Positions 10,340 through 20,165 of a stretch of DNA of 64,000 nt are shown here, piece after piece. The DNA is taken from the NCBI GenBank assembly GCA_026390345.1, contig JAPLGD010000089.1, positions 28,088 to 92,087 on the forward strand, given 5' to 3'. The stretch comes from Candidatus Bipolaricaulota bacterium (lineage in GTDB: Bacteria; Bipolaricaulota; Bipolaricaulia; UBA7950; UBA9294). Both the position numbers and the translations under genes were made by a program. The notes under the pieces were generated by a model. The model had not been told where the DNA came from, searched no databases, and worked only from the letters and a program-made list of their open reading frames with translations. Numbering within the stretch: the stretch's first letter is position 1; every line of letters begins with the position of its first letter.

Positions 10340-10405
10340 CAGGGCGCAGGACGTGCCTGTATCCCAAGGAGAAGGGCGCCCCGCGCCCAGGGAAAGGAAT
10401 GTGTC

Positions 10406-10927
10406 ATGATCGATGTCGGAAGCGCAAGAGAGCAGGCGTGGACCGTGGAGCGAACTCACCTGGCCAGCGCGTTCGGAAGCGGCCTCGTTGAGGTCCTGGC
10501 AACCCCCGTCCTCGTCGGATTCTGCGAGGAGTGCGCCCGCCGGCTCGTCGATCCCGAATTGGCACCCGGCCAGAAGACCGTCGGGGCCTCCATTGCCCTC
10601 GAACACCTCGCGGCAACGCCTCCGGGGATGACCGTGACCGTCCGCGCCGAGCTGACCCACATCGACGGCCGGCGCCTTACGTTCCAGATCGAAGCCCGCG
10701 ACGACGTCGAGGTGGTCGGCCGCGCGACGCACATGCGCTACATCATCGACGCCGCGAGGTTCGAGACCCGGGTCGCGGAGAAGGTGGCGCAAGCCCGTAC
10801 CGCGGGCGCGGCGCAAGCGCGAACGGTGGGCGCGGCGCAAGCGCGAACGGCGGGCGCGACGCAAGCCTGTACAGCGGGCGTGGCGCAAGCGCGGACGGAC
10901 GGCACGGCACAAGCACGCAACGCCTGA
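10406..10927 (+). CDS. Hotdog-fold thioesterase (FlK/fluoroacetyl-CoA thioesterase-like family) with a C-terminal tandem octapeptide-repeat tail
   Basis: The core GSGLVEVLATP...TPPGMTVTVRAELTHIDGRRLTFQIEA aligns closely with the FlK-like thioesterase region TAATPPGLTVTV...EGRRL. The last 46 aa are AQARTxGA repeats. Confidence 0.65.
   Translation: MIDVGSAREQAWTVERTHLASAFGSGLVEVLATPVLVGFCEECARRLVDPELAPGQKTVGASIALEHLAATPPGMTVTVRAELTHIDGRRLTFQIEARDDVEVVGRATHMRYIIDAARFETRVAEKVAQARTAGAAQARTVGAAQARTAGATQACTAGVAQARTDGTAQARNA
10787..10924 (+). repeat. About 5.75 tandem copies of a 24-nt unit (gcgcaagcgcgaacggcgggcgcg and variants) encoding AQART[AVD]G[AT] octapeptides inside the thioesterase 3' end
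   Basis: Direct reading of the nucleotide and protein sequence. Confidence 0.85.
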
Positions 10928-11016
10928 GGCAGCGGCCGTAGCGTCTGCCTGAGAATCGACACGCTTCGACCATCCCCTCTTCACACGGCATTCACAGCCC
11001 GCGGGCATTCTACGGT

Positions 11017-11100
11017 CAGCAGCCTGAGGCTGCTCTTCCGCTAAACCTCCTTGCGGATAGCCACCACACCGATCGGGGAGCATCCTTCGGGAGCTCCCCG
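11017..11100. terminator. Two GC-rich hairpins between convergent genes: agcagcc-tgag-ggctgct at about 11017-11035 and cggggagc-N11-gctccccg at about 11074-11100, the second followed by ATTGCCTTTCTT
   Basis: Inverted repeats seen in sequence. Positioned downstream of the + strand thioesterase and the - strand moaD-like gene. Confidence 0.4.
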
Positions 11101-11117
11101 ATTGCCTTTCTTGAGGG

Positions 11118-11399
11118 TCATCCTCCGCCGACCGGCGGGAGAAGCGTGAGGCGGTCTCCGTCGTGCAGCGCGGTGCGCAGGCCGTCCTTCCACGCGACGT
11201 TGCCCCCGTTGATCAACGCCGCGACGTGGCTCCGCACCCGGCCAGCGTCGTCGAGCAGACGAGACCGCGCCGCGGGATGCTGTGACGCCAAGGCACGCAC
11301 GGCCGTCTCGACGTCCGCCCCCTCCGGAAGCTCCAACTCGCGGTAGCCCTCGCTCAAATCCTTCTTGAACGAGAAACCGAGCTCGACGGAGATTCGCAT
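11118..11399 (-). CDS. MoaD/ThiS-family small sulfur-carrier-like protein, ending ...LLPPVGGG
   Basis: 93 aa with a beta-grasp-like pattern, INGGNVAWKDGLRTALHDGDRLTLLPPVGG and a C-terminal Gly-Gly. Confidence 0.55.
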   Translation of the reverse strand: MRISVELGFSFKKDLSEGYRELELPEGADVETAVRALASQHPAARSRLLDDAGRVRSHVAALINGGNVAWKDGLRTALHDGDRLTLLPPVGGG

Positions 11400-11403
11400 C
11401 CTC

Positions 11404-12771
11404 TCATCGCCCGACGAGGCGCGCCGAGATGGCGTTCTGCACGGGCACGAGATCGTAGAGCGTCTCGTCGACGAGCCGCCCGTCCCGAACGCGCCACTCC
11501 CCGTTCACCATGGCGAAGTCGACCCGATCCGCCGCGCAGTGGACGAGAGCGGCGACGGGATCGGCCTGCGCGCCGGCAAAGGCCACATCGTTCAAGTCGA
11601 ACGCGATGAGATCGGCCGCCTTGCCCACCTCGATCGACCCAATTTCCGCCTCCCTGTGGAGGACGCGCGCGCCGCCAATCGTTGCCATGGAGAGCGCGTC
11701 GCGGGCGGAGAGCGCGTCGGCCCCGTAGCGCACGCGCTGCAGGAGCATTGCCTGTCGAACCTCCCGGATCATGTTCGACGAGTCGTTGCTCGCCGATCCA
11801 TCGACAGCGAGGCCAATCTTGATCCCGGTGTCGATCATCTTCGCCACGGGGGCGATCCCCGATCCGAGCGTCATGTTTGACGTGGGGCAGTGGGCCATTC
11901 CGACGCGGGCGCGGGCGAGCTTGTCGATGTCCGCCTCGCTGAGGACAACGAGATGGGCAAACCAGGCGTCGTCCCGCAGCCAGCCAAGATCCTCCATCAG
12001 GTCCACCGGCCGCCGCCCGAAGCGCTCGAGGCAGTAGGCCTCCTCGTCTTGGGTCTCTGCAAGATGGGTGTGGACGAGCACCCGGTACTCGTCGGCCAGC
12101 CGGAGCGTCTCCCGCATCAACTCCGGCGTCACGGAGAACGGAGAGCACGGAGCAAGCGCGATCCGCAGCATCGCCAGGGGCTCCGGGTCGTGGTACCGCT
12201 CGATCACGCGGCGGCAGTCGGCGAGGATCTCGTCCTCCGTCTGGACCACGCTGTCAGGCGGCAGCCCCCCGTTCTTCTTCGAGAGCGACATGGACCCACG
12301 ACAGGGGTGGAACCGAATGCCCGCCAGCTCCGCCCCTTCGATGTCCGCGGCAAGGATGTCCCCGCCGCCGCGCGGATAGAGGTAGCAGTGGTCGCTCGTC
12401 GTCGTCGCTCCCGAGAGAAGCAGCTCGCTCGACGCGACGGCCGCCGCCGTGCGCATCGCCTCCTCGCCGATCCCCTTCCAGCGGTCGTAGAGGAAGATGA
12501 GCCAGTCGAACAACTTCGCGTCGGATGCCCCCGGGACGTTCCGGAAGAGCGATTGATACAGATGATGGTGCGTGTTCACGAACCCGGGCAGAAGAACCTT
12601 CCCGTTGCCGCGTATGGTTTCGTCGGCCCGGACGCCGGTCGGAGTCTCGCCCACGGCCGCAATCCGGTTGCCGTCGACAAGCACGAATCCGCCCCGGATC
12701 TCTCGCCCGGAGCCGTCCATCGTCGCGATGACGTCGAACCCCATGAATAGCGTCCGCTTCACCGCTCTCAT
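11404..12771 (-). CDS. Amidohydrolase-superfamily nucleobase/nucleoside deaminase (MtaD / 8-oxoguanine deaminase / chlorohydrolase-like)
   Basis: PGFVNTHHHLYQS (HxH metal motif), HTHLAET, AHCPTSNM and a VDGSASND aspartate motif. Start overlaps the upstream stop (ATGA). Confidence 0.8.
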   Translation of the reverse strand: MRAVKRTLFMGFDVIATMDGSGREIRGGFVLVDGNRIAAVGETPTGVRADETIRGNGKVLLPGFVNTHHHLYQSLFRNVPGASDAKLFDWLIFLYDRWKGIGEEAMRTAAAVASSELLLSGATTTSDHCYLYPRGGGDILAADIEGAELAGIRFHPCRGSMSLSKKNGGLPPDSVVQTEDEILADCRRVIERYHDPEPLAMLRIALAPCSPFSVTPELMRETLRLADEYRVLVHTHLAETQDEEAYCLERFGRRPVDLMEDLGWLRDDAWFAHLVVLSEADIDKLARARVGMAHCPTSNMTLGSGIAPVAKMIDTGIKIGLAVDGSASNDSSNMIREVRQAMLLQRVRYGADALSARDALSMATIGGARVLHREAEIGSIEVGKAADLIAFDLNDVAFAGAQADPVAALVHCAADRVDFAMVNGEWRVRDGRLVDETLYDLVPVQNAISARLVGR

Positions 12772-13799
12772 CCTGCGAGATTCACCTTGTTCGCCGTCTC
12801 GAGGAACGCCGCGACGAGGGCGATCGCCGACTCGATCGCGTCGACGTGCACGGTCTCGACGACGGAGTGCACGTAGCGCGTCGGGATCGATAGGGTGATC
12901 GCCGCGGAGCCGTCACCCGCACGCTGGAGTCCGCCAGCGTCCGTGCCGCCCTTCGATGCCAAGGTGATCTGATACGGGATCTTGCGCTTCTCGGCAAGTT
13001 CTCGGAATGCGCGCACGAGCGCGGGGTGCGAGATCGAGCCCGCATCCTTGAGTGAGATCGCAACACCACCGCGGAACTGCGATAGCCGGTCCTTCTCCGG
13101 GACGCCCGGCATATCGGCGGCAATGCAGACGTCAAGCGCAATTGCGATATCCGGCGCGATCCGATGCCCGGCCACCTGGGCGCCCCGCACCCCGACTTCC
13201 TCTTGGGACGTGGCCAGGACATAGAGATCGCACGCGACCTTCTTGGCGCGCCTGAGGGCCTCGATCGCCACGTACACGCCGACGCGGTCGTCGATCGCCT
13301 TGCTGGATACGACATCACCGTAGGCCACGTAATCCTGGCGCATCGTCACGACATCCCCGACGGCGACCTTCCTCTTCACATCCTCGGCCGGCATGCCAAC
13401 GTCCACGAAGAGGTCGGCCATGTCGATCGGCTTCTTCTTCTCGTCGTCCGTCAGGATGTGGATCGGCTTCCGGCCGATACACCCCGGGAGGTCGCCGCCC
13501 ACCGCGTGCACGACGACGCGCTGGGCAACAAGCGTCACGGGGTCGAACCCCCCGAGCGGGTGGATTCGCAAGAACCCCGATTCGTCCTCGATGTGGCTGA
13601 CGAGGAAGCCGATCTCGTCCATGTGTCCGGCAATTGCGACGACGGGACCCTTGCCCGCCTTGTGCGCGATGACGTTCCCCAGGGCGTCCACGTCCACCGA
13701 GTCGACGAGTGGCGATAGCGCATCCACGATCACCCGTCGCACCGGCCCCTCGTACCCTGGAACTCCCGTCGCCTGCGTGAGTTGCTTCAGCAGCTTCAT
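12768..13799 (-). CDS. M42-family metallopeptidase (FrvX/CelM-like aminopeptidase)
   Basis: MKLLKQLTQATGVPGYE start, HMDEIGF and QEEVGVRGA motifs. Start is chosen at Met18, which has a GGGGGAGG Shine-Dalgarno. Confidence 0.8.
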   Translation of the reverse strand: MKLLKQLTQATGVPGYEGPVRRVIVDALSPLVDSVDVDALGNVIAHKAGKGPVVAIAGHMDEIGFLVSHIEDESGFLRIHPLGGFDPVTLVAQRVVVHAVGGDLPGCIGRKPIHILTDDEKKKPIDMADLFVDVGMPAEDVKRKVAVGDVVTMRQDYVAYGDVVSSKAIDDRVGVYVAIEALRRAKKVACDLYVLATSQEEVGVRGAQVAGHRIAPDIAIALDVCIAADMPGVPEKDRLSQFRGGVAISLKDAGSISHPALVRAFRELAEKRKIPYQITLASKGGTDAGGLQRAGDGSAAITLSIPTRYVHSVVETVHVDAIESAIALVAAFLETANKVNLAG

Positions 13800-13888
13800 G
13801 CCGCCTCCTTCCGCCATCGTAGAGTGTAGTCGCGGCCTGGACGAGATCAACCGTTGTCCTCTCCGACCCGCCCCGCTACCATCGCGGC

Positions 13889-14728
13889 ATGATTCCGCTT
13901 CGCGACACGCTGCGCAGCCGCCGCTTCCCGGTCGTCACCGTGTCGCTGATTCTCATCAACCTGCTTGTCTTCCTCTACCAGGGGTATCTCCAGACGCAAC
14001 CGTCTACCCTAAACAGCCTTGCGCCCTGGCGCGACGCCCGACTGCTTCCCCCTCCCGCGTACAGTGAGCAGACCTACCGGCTCCATCTCGCAGACGGCGG
14101 GGATCCGTCGCAGTACCCGATCTCGGCCGCCAACAAGCTGATCGCGCAGTTCGCCCTTATCCCCGGCGAGCTCCTCGCTGGGCGCGACCTGCCCCCCACG
14201 ATTTCCGTTCCTCTCTGGCTCACGCTCCTGACGTCCGTCTTCCTCCACGGAGGCCTGCTCCACCTGCTCGGAAACATGCTGTACCTCTGGATCTTCGGCG
14301 ACAACGTCGAAGGCGCGATGGGACCCCTCCGGTTCCTCATCTTCTACCTGGTGTGCGCGGTGGCGGCCGCCGGCGCCCAGATCGCCGTCGACCCCAGAAG
14401 CGCGCTGCCCATGATCGGCGCATCCGGTGCGATCGCCGGCGTGCTCGCCGCGTACCTCATGCTGTTCCCGTTCTCGCGAATCGTCACGCTGATTCCGATC
14501 TTCTTCTTCGTGCGCGTTGTCGCCGTGCCCGCCGTGTTCCTCCTCGGCCTCTGGTTTGTTCTCCAGATCTTGAGCGGCCTGGGCTCGACGGGCGGCGCAG
14601 GGGGTACAGCCTGGTTTGCCCACATCGGCGGGTTTGCCGCCGGCCTTCTTCTCGTCTCCCTCTTCCGCCGGAAAGACGTTCCGGTCACGCTTTGGCAGGT
14701 TGTCCGTCGTCGTCGGCCCGGAGTGTGA
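13889..14728 (+). CDS. Rhomboid-family intramembrane serine protease
   Basis: Multi-TM protein with HLLGNMLYLWIFG, the catalytic GASGAIAGV (GxSG) and a downstream AHIGGF histidine. Confidence 0.85.
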   Translation: MIPLRDTLRSRRFPVVTVSLILINLLVFLYQGYLQTQPSTLNSLAPWRDARLLPPPAYSEQTYRLHLADGGDPSQYPISAANKLIAQFALIPGELLAGRDLPPTISVPLWLTLLTSVFLHGGLLHLLGNMLYLWIFGDNVEGAMGPLRFLIFYLVCAVAAAGAQIAVDPRSALPMIGASGAIAGVLAAYLMLFPFSRIVTLIPIFFFVRVVAVPAVFLLGLWFVLQILSGLGSTGGAGGTAWFAHIGGFAAGLLLVSLFRRKDVPVTLWQVVRRRRPGV

Positions 14729-14836
14729 CGGGAAAAAGGTCGCCTCACCGACGTACGATTGGCTTCAACCCTGAGGTTCGAGCTGCTAAGATGAACCTGC
14801 ACGTTGAGGGAAGATCGTCCAAAGGAGTGATGGGTT

Positions 14837-15658
14837 ATGAAGCAGGGTGTAGCCCTTGTTGGTGTGCTAATTCTCCTCGTCGGAGTCGGCCTGTCCTGCG
14901 TCGCTGGCGCGGAGCGGGCGGAGCACACGGCGATCGTGATCACGAACGACTACGAGTTCACACCATCGAACGGTGTCTGCTCAGGATCCGGCACCGCCGA
15001 AGACCCGTACGTCATCCAGGGCTGGAAGATTGATGCGGGGTACGACGACTATGGCGTCCGCGTTCACGGAACGACCCGCTACTTCATCGTCCGCGACGTG
15101 GAAGTCGCGGGCGCGGCCAAGGCTGGCATGTCACTCAGCTACGTCCGCAACGGCCGCATCGAGGGGTGTCTGCTCGACGCAAACTGGGTCGGCGTCGTCC
15201 TCAGCTACTCCACCTTCGTGCGGATCTCGGACTGCGTGTTCGAAACCAACACGGACGGCGTACACCTGTTCTACTCGGGCGAGAACCAGATCCTCTACAA
15301 TGTCTTCGACCGAAACGACACGTCGATCTGGCTTGACGCCTCCAACCGGAACGAGATCACGGGCAACCTGATCCACGGCTCGCACATGGGCGCCTACCTG
15401 AACCTCGGATCAACCGGAAACCGCGTCCTGATGAACGCGTTCGTTGCCAACCTGCACAACGCGTACTCGGATGAGCCAAACGTCTGGAATAGCGATCGCC
15501 AGGGCAACTACTGGAACGAATTCGATGCGATCGATGCGAATGAGGACGGGATCTGGGACTCTCCGTACCTGATCAATAGCGACGGCGACCAAGACAGCTA
15601 CCCGCTCGTGACCCACCCGCTCGTCCCGACGCCCGAACCGGAAACGTGCGACAGCTAG
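14837..15658 (+). CDS. Secreted right-handed parallel beta-helix (NosD/pectate-lyase fold) repeat protein
   Basis: Signal peptide followed by repeated ~22-aa beta-helix rungs (GxxIxxNxI, NxxxxN patterns). A hairpin lies downstream. Confidence 0.65.
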   Translation: MKQGVALVGVLILLVGVGLSCVAGAERAEHTAIVITNDYEFTPSNGVCSGSGTAEDPYVIQGWKIDAGYDDYGVRVHGTTRYFIVRDVEVAGAAKAGMSLSYVRNGRIEGCLLDANWVGVVLSYSTFVRISDCVFETNTDGVHLFYSGENQILYNVFDRNDTSIWLDASNRNEITGNLIHGSHMGAYLNLGSTGNRVLMNAFVANLHNAYSDEPNVWNSDRQGNYWNEFDAIDANEDGIWDSPYLINSDGDQDSYPLVTHPLVPTPEPETCDS

Positions 15659-15693
15659 TTCCCTGTTGAGCGGCGGACGCTTCCCGAATCCGT

Positions 15694-15725
15694 GCCGCGG
15701 CGACCCCAGCGACGGGGTCGCCGCG
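15694..15725 (+). terminator. Strong GC hairpin gccgcggcgacccc-agcgac-ggggtcgccgcg downstream of the beta-helix gene
   Basis: A 12-bp perfect inverted repeat seen in sequence. The U-tract is weak (TTCCTGAATC). Confidence 0.45.
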
Positions 15726-15828
15726 TTCCTGAATCGGCCGCGACGCAGCCCGAGCGACCTCTCTCCAGTTGATTTTCTGCGCCAATCGTCCTTACACTTC
15801 TGCGATTCCAGCGAACGGAAAGGACACC

Positions 15829-16863
15829 ATGTCAACCGAGCGCTTCTCCGACCGGGTCCGGGGTGACATCCCCTACAACCTCCTTCACGTCCCGGTGTCT
15901 GACCTGCGCGAGGGAGCCCGCGTCGGCCAGTGCTTCCTCGTCAAGAAGAAGGCCCAACGTTCGACTCGAACCGGAGACCCCTACTTGGAGATTCTCCTCG
16001 CCGATCGGACGGCGGCCGTTCAAGCGCGCGCCTGGGCCGATGCGACGCAGCGCTATGCAAGCCAGTTCGAGGAGGGCGACTTCGTTTTCGTTCAAGGACG
16101 GGTGGAGACGTACCGCAATGCCCTCCAATTGATCGTCGAGTCGATCCGCCGTCTGACGCAAGAGGAGCAGGAGGGCGGAAAGCTGCCGGGCTTCGACCCG
16201 ACGCTCCTGGTGCCGACATCCGAGCACAACATCGACGACATGTGGGCTCGACTCCTTGCCCTGGCCGCAACCATTGAGCCGGAACCACTTCGCGCTCTCA
16301 CGGAGTCCCTGCTTCGCGACCACGCGCAGGCCTTTCGCGAGGCGCCGGCCGCGGTATCGAACCATCACGCCTACATCGGCGGCCTTCTCGAGCACACGCT
16401 GGAGGTTGCGCAGGGCATCGCCCGCTTCGCCGACGACGAACCGTCGCTCGGACTGCGGCGTGGGCTTGCCGTCGCCGGCGCCATCCTGCACGACGTCGGG
16501 AAGCTCCTCGAACTCGAGAACCCGATCGCCCCGCGGTACAGCCTGGAGGGACAACTGATCGGCCACCTTCTTCTCGGACGCGACATGGTGCGCCAGGCCG
16601 CCGCGTCCCTGACGTGGCCCGACCCGCGAACCCCTCTCCTCCTCGAGCACATCCTGATCTCACACCACGGAGAGCTCGAGTACGCCGCCGCTATGGTGCC
16701 GAAAACCCCGGAGGCTGTCGCCGTCTACCACTTCGACAACCTCTCGGCCAAACTGAACATGATCAAGACTCACATCGCTTCCGACGCTGAGGAAGGGGAC
16801 TTCACGGACTGGGAGCGGAACATGGAGCGACGTTTCTTCAAAGGAACTCTCATCGACACCTGA
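15829..16863 (+). CDS. YhaM-like OB-fold + HD-domain 3'-5' exoribonuclease / phosphohydrolase
   Basis: N-terminal OB fold (GQCFLVKKKAQRSTRTGDPYLEILLADRTAAVQARAW), then an HD domain with HHAYIGGLLEHTLEV and a later ILHDVGK. AAAGGA Shine-Dalgarno. Confidence 0.7.
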   Translation: MSTERFSDRVRGDIPYNLLHVPVSDLREGARVGQCFLVKKKAQRSTRTGDPYLEILLADRTAAVQARAWADATQRYASQFEEGDFVFVQGRVETYRNALQLIVESIRRLTQEEQEGGKLPGFDPTLLVPTSEHNIDDMWARLLALAATIEPEPLRALTESLLRDHAQAFREAPAAVSNHHAYIGGLLEHTLEVAQGIARFADDEPSLGLRRGLAVAGAILHDVGKLLELENPIAPRYSLEGQLIGHLLLGRDMVRQAAASLTWPDPRTPLLLEHILISHHGELEYAAAMVPKTPEAVAVYHFDNLSAKLNMIKTHIASDAEEGDFTDWERNMERRFFKGTLIDT

Positions 16864-16877
16864 CCTTCGTGCGCGAC

Positions 16878-16911
16878 GTTCGTGGCGCGCCTGAGCCCCC
16901 GGTCTATAATC
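16878..16911 (+). promoter_or_regulatory. Candidate sigma70-type promoter for aspS: a TATAAT -10 hexamer at about 16905-16910, with a TTCGTG-like upstream element
   Basis: Exact TATAAT about 35 nt upstream of the aspS start. The -35 and its spacing are non-ideal. Confidence 0.35.
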
Positions 16912-16942
16912 ACGCCATCTCGAGAGGCTTCGGAGGTTTGCG

Positions 16943-18691
16943 ATGATGCGCACAGCGTATTGCGGCCGCTTGACCGCGGCGAACGTCGGAGAGTCGGTTC
17001 GGTTGGCTGGATGGGTCAACCGTCGACGGGATCTCGGCAAGATCACGTTCGTCGACCTTCGCGACCGCACCGGCCTCGTTCAACTCCTCTTCAGAAGCGA
17101 CGACGCCAACCTCCGAGACGCGCACACCCTGAATCGCGAGGACGTCATCGCCGTCCGCGGAACGGTCGCGAGACGGTCGGGGTCGAACATCAACCCCGAG
17201 ATGCCCACCGGAGAGATCGAGGTCCACGTCGACGAGCTTCAAATCCTCAACCGCTCGAAGACCCCCCCGTTTCTGATTGAGGGAGACGGCTCGGACACCA
17301 CCGAGGACACGCGTCTCCGGTATCGCTACGTCGACCTGCGGCGCGAGCGCGTTCAGAAGGCGCTTGAGCTGCGCCACCGCACGTTCCAGGCGACGCGGAG
17401 CTTCTTCGCGGAGCGCGGGTTCCTGGAAATCGACACGCCGTTCCTGACGAAGTCCACGCCTGAGGGCGCGCGCGACTTCCTGGTCCCGAGCCGGATGCAT
17501 CTGGGCTCCTTCTACGCGCTCCCGCAGTCGCCGCAGCTCTTCAAACAGCTGTTCATGGTGGGCGGCGTCGACCGCTACTTCCAGGTCGTGAAGTGCTTCC
17601 GTGACGAGGATCTGCGCGCCGACCGGCAGCCGGAGTTCACACAGCTCGACCTCGAGATCGCCTTCCCGTCGGGGACGGACGAGATCTACGAGCTGCTCGA
17701 GGGCGCCGTGGCCCGCGTATTCCACGAGGTCCTCGGCGTGAAGCTCGACCTTCCTTTCCCGCGGATCACCCACGCCGACGCGATGGCCCGGTTCGGAATC
17801 GACAAGCCGGACATGCGGTTCGGCGTGGAGATTCTGGACATCTCATCCCACGTCCGCGGCTCCGGCTTCCGCGTCTTCTCGGAGGCCGTCCAGAGCGGAG
17901 GGAGGGTGGCCGGCATCCTCGCTAAGGGATGCTCCCACTACTCGCGCGCCGCGCTCGACAAGCTGCAGGCGCTCGCGGTCGGGGCGGGCGCGAAAGGCCT
18001 TGTGTGGCTGAAGGTCGACGAGGGTGTGGCGTCCCCGATCGCCAAGAACCTGACGGAGAAGGAACTCCACGACATCGTCTCCGCCTTCGGCGCCGCGCCC
18101 GGAGACCTGATCCTCCTCCTCGCGGGAACAGGGATCGAGAAGCCGCTCGGCGAGTTGAGGCTCGCCGTCGCGCGCGAGGAATCGCTCGCCGAAGACGCGT
18201 GGCGGTTCCTCTGGGTCACGGACTTCCCGCTCTTCGAGCTCGACGAGGAAGGACACCTGACGAGCGCCCACCACATGTTCACATCTCCGCACGAGGATGA
18301 GATCGAGCGGATGGAGGCAGATCCTCTGCACGTCGGCTCGAACGCGTACGACCTCGTGCTGAACGGGACCGAGCTCGGCAGTGGGAGCATCCGAATCCAC
18401 TCCCGCGCCCTCCAAGAGAGGATCTTCCGCCTTGTCGGGATCTCAGAGGAGGACGCTCGCCAGCGGTTCGGTTGGTTCCTCGAGGCGCTCGACTACGGTG
18501 CGCCGCCGCACGGTGGGTTTGCTCTCGGGATCGACCGTCTTGTCATGTTGATGGCGCACGAGCAGTCGCTGCGCGACGTCATTGCGTTCCCAAAGACAGC
18601 GAACGGTATGTGCCCGCTCACCGAAGCGCCGATGCCGGCGGCGGCGAAGCAGCTCGAAGAACTGGGAATCGAGGTCACTCGAAGGCCATGA
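16943..18691 (+). CDS. aspS: Aspartyl-tRNA synthetase
   Basis: 582 aa with an N-terminal OB anticodon-binding domain, class II motifs ([18 protein letters not shown]; [14 protein letters not shown]) and a bacterial-type insertion domain. Confidence 0.95.
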   Translation: MMRTAYCGRLTAANVGESVRLAGWVNRRRDLGKITFVDLRDRTGLVQLLFRSDDANLRDAHTLNREDVIAVRGTVARRSGSNINPEMPTGEIEVHVDELQILNRSKTPPFLIEGDGSDTTEDTRLRYRYVDLRRERVQKALELRHRTFQATRSFFAERGFLEIDTPFLTKSTPEGARDFLVPSRMHLGSFYALPQSPQLFKQLFMVGGVDRYFQVVKCFRDEDLRADRQPEFTQLDLEIAFPSGTDEIYELLEGAVARVFHEVLGVKLDLPFPRITHADAMARFGIDKPDMRFGVEILDISSHVRGSGFRVFSEAVQSGGRVAGILAKGCSHYSRAALDKLQALAVGAGAKGLVWLKVDEGVASPIAKNLTEKELHDIVSAFGAAPGDLILLLAGTGIEKPLGELRLAVAREESLAEDAWRFLWVTDFPLFELDEEGHLTSAHHMFTSPHEDEIERMEADPLHVGSNAYDLVLNGTELGSGSIRIHSRALQERIFRLVGISEEDARQRFGWFLEALDYGAPPHGGFALGIDRLVMLMAHEQSLRDVIAFPKTANGMCPLTEAPMPAAAKQLEELGIEVTRRP

Positions 18692-19623
18692 GGCGCTCCG
18701 TCCTTCTGCTCTCCCTGGGACTCGTCTCGGCGCTGATCGTGGTTGCGATCCTGTTCACCGCGAGCGTGGAGCGGGTGACGTTCACGTCAGGACGCCCATT
18801 CGACGAGGACACCTCCGTCAAGCTACACCCCGTCGGGGGGGCGGGCACGGTGCCAGCGCCGCTTCGTCCGATCGACCTTGCCATCGCGTACGGGTCCGTC
18901 GGCCTCATCGTCGTTGCGGTCATTCTTCTCCTCCGGAAGAACGCCGGCGGTGCCTCGCCACGGAAGACCAACCAGTGGGCGAACATCGTCCTCCTTGCCA
19001 CTCTCGTGGCCGCGATCACCGTCGTCTTCCTCCAAGTGAACAAGCCCGACAAGGACGAAGGGTCGACGGCCGACGCGGTAGCGGCCAACCCGGACCTGAC
19101 CAACGAGGAGGCCGGCCCGGGCAAGTACCAGAACATCGACGAGCTGATGGGAACCGGGGGACGGGACACGGGCCGGGGGATGGCTCCAGCCTTCTTCCTG
19201 ATCACGGGGATCCTCGCCGTTGTGGCCGTCGGCCTCTCCATCTTCCTCATCGTCCTGCTTCTCCGACGGAAGCCCCGCGCTCGGGAGGAAGACCTCACCG
19301 AAGAGATCCTGGCGCCGGTTCGCGCCGCCGTCGCAGAGCTTCGCCTCGGCAGGGACCCGCGCAGCGTTGTTGAACACTGCTACCGACAGATGCTCCGCGC
19401 ACTCGCCGAGCGGTCGAGGGTGGATCCGGCCTGCCTGACGCCGCGGGAGTTCGTGACCGCCCTGGCGGGTGTCGGCCTCGACGGCGCGGCCATTGGCGAG
19501 CTATCGACCCTCTTTGAAGAGGTTCACTACGGCCACCGCCCGGAGGAAGCGCTGTCCGCCCTAGCCCTCCAGTGCATGACGGCGATCACGACCTCGTACC
19601 CCGCCCCCGAGGCAACCCCGTGA
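18688..19623 (+). CDS. Membrane protein with a C-terminal DUF4129 domain (MoxR-associated)
   Basis: Start ATG overlaps the aspS stop (ATGA). Several TM helices, then a DUF4129-like C-terminal region. Confidence 0.6.
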   Translation: MRRSVLLLSLGLVSALIVVAILFTASVERVTFTSGRPFDEDTSVKLHPVGGAGTVPAPLRPIDLAIAYGSVGLIVVAVILLLRKNAGGASPRKTNQWANIVLLATLVAAITVVFLQVNKPDKDEGSTADAVAANPDLTNEEAGPGKYQNIDELMGTGGRDTGRGMAPAFFLITGILAVVAVGLSIFLIVLLLRRKPRAREEDLTEEILAPVRAAVAELRLGRDPRSVVEHCYRQMLRALAERSRVDPACLTPREFVTALAGVGLDGAAIGELSTLFEEVHYGHRPEEALSALALQCMTAITTSYPAPEATP

Positions 19624-19634
19624 GCAAGAGGAAG

Positions 19635-20162
19635 ATGGAGTTCTCCTTCGTTGTGCTGGAACTCGCGGGGCTCCTTGCCCTTGCCCTCCTCGCCCTTTCG
19701 ATTCCCATGCGGCACGGAGCACGGTTCTGGGAGGCGGTCGCCGTCCTTCCCCAGATCGTTCTATGGTTTGTCCCGATTCTGTTCGCCCTGCCCGTTCTCC
19801 TCTTCTTCGCCAATCGGCTCCGCCCGGAGTGGGCGCCTCGCGCGACTCCGCGAGTCGAAGATGCCTCCGCCGGGACCCTGGCCCATCTCGTCGACGCGAT
19901 TCGACAGTCTCGATCGAGCCAGCTCGCACGATCCCGGGTCGCGAGCCAGCTCGTCCGGCTCGCTGTACGCATCGATGCGGAGCGGTTCGAGATGCACGAG
20001 GAAGAGGCGTGGACCCTGGTCCGCGAACGCTGTCGGAAGCTGGAGCCTGACCTGGCGAGCTTTCTGGAACAGGAGGACCTCGGGGCGTTGTCCGGCGCGG
20101 CGTTTCAATCCTATGTACGGAGAACCGTCGCGTTCCTGGAACGCGAGAGCGAGGAGGCCTAG
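19635..20162 (+). CDS. Hypothetical two-TM membrane protein within the MoxR module
   Basis: MEFSFVVLELAGLLALALLALS and a second helix, followed by a charged helical cytoplasmic domain. An alternative GTG start at 19620 overlaps the upstream stop. Confidence 0.45.
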   Translation: MEFSFVVLELAGLLALALLALSIPMRHGARFWEAVAVLPQIVLWFVPILFALPVLLFFANRLRPEWAPRATPRVEDASAGTLAHLVDAIRQSRSSQLARSRVASQLVRLAVRIDAERFEMHEEEAWTLVRERCRKLEPDLASFLEQEDLGALSGAAFQSYVRRTVAFLERESEEA

Positions 20163-20165
20163 ACG

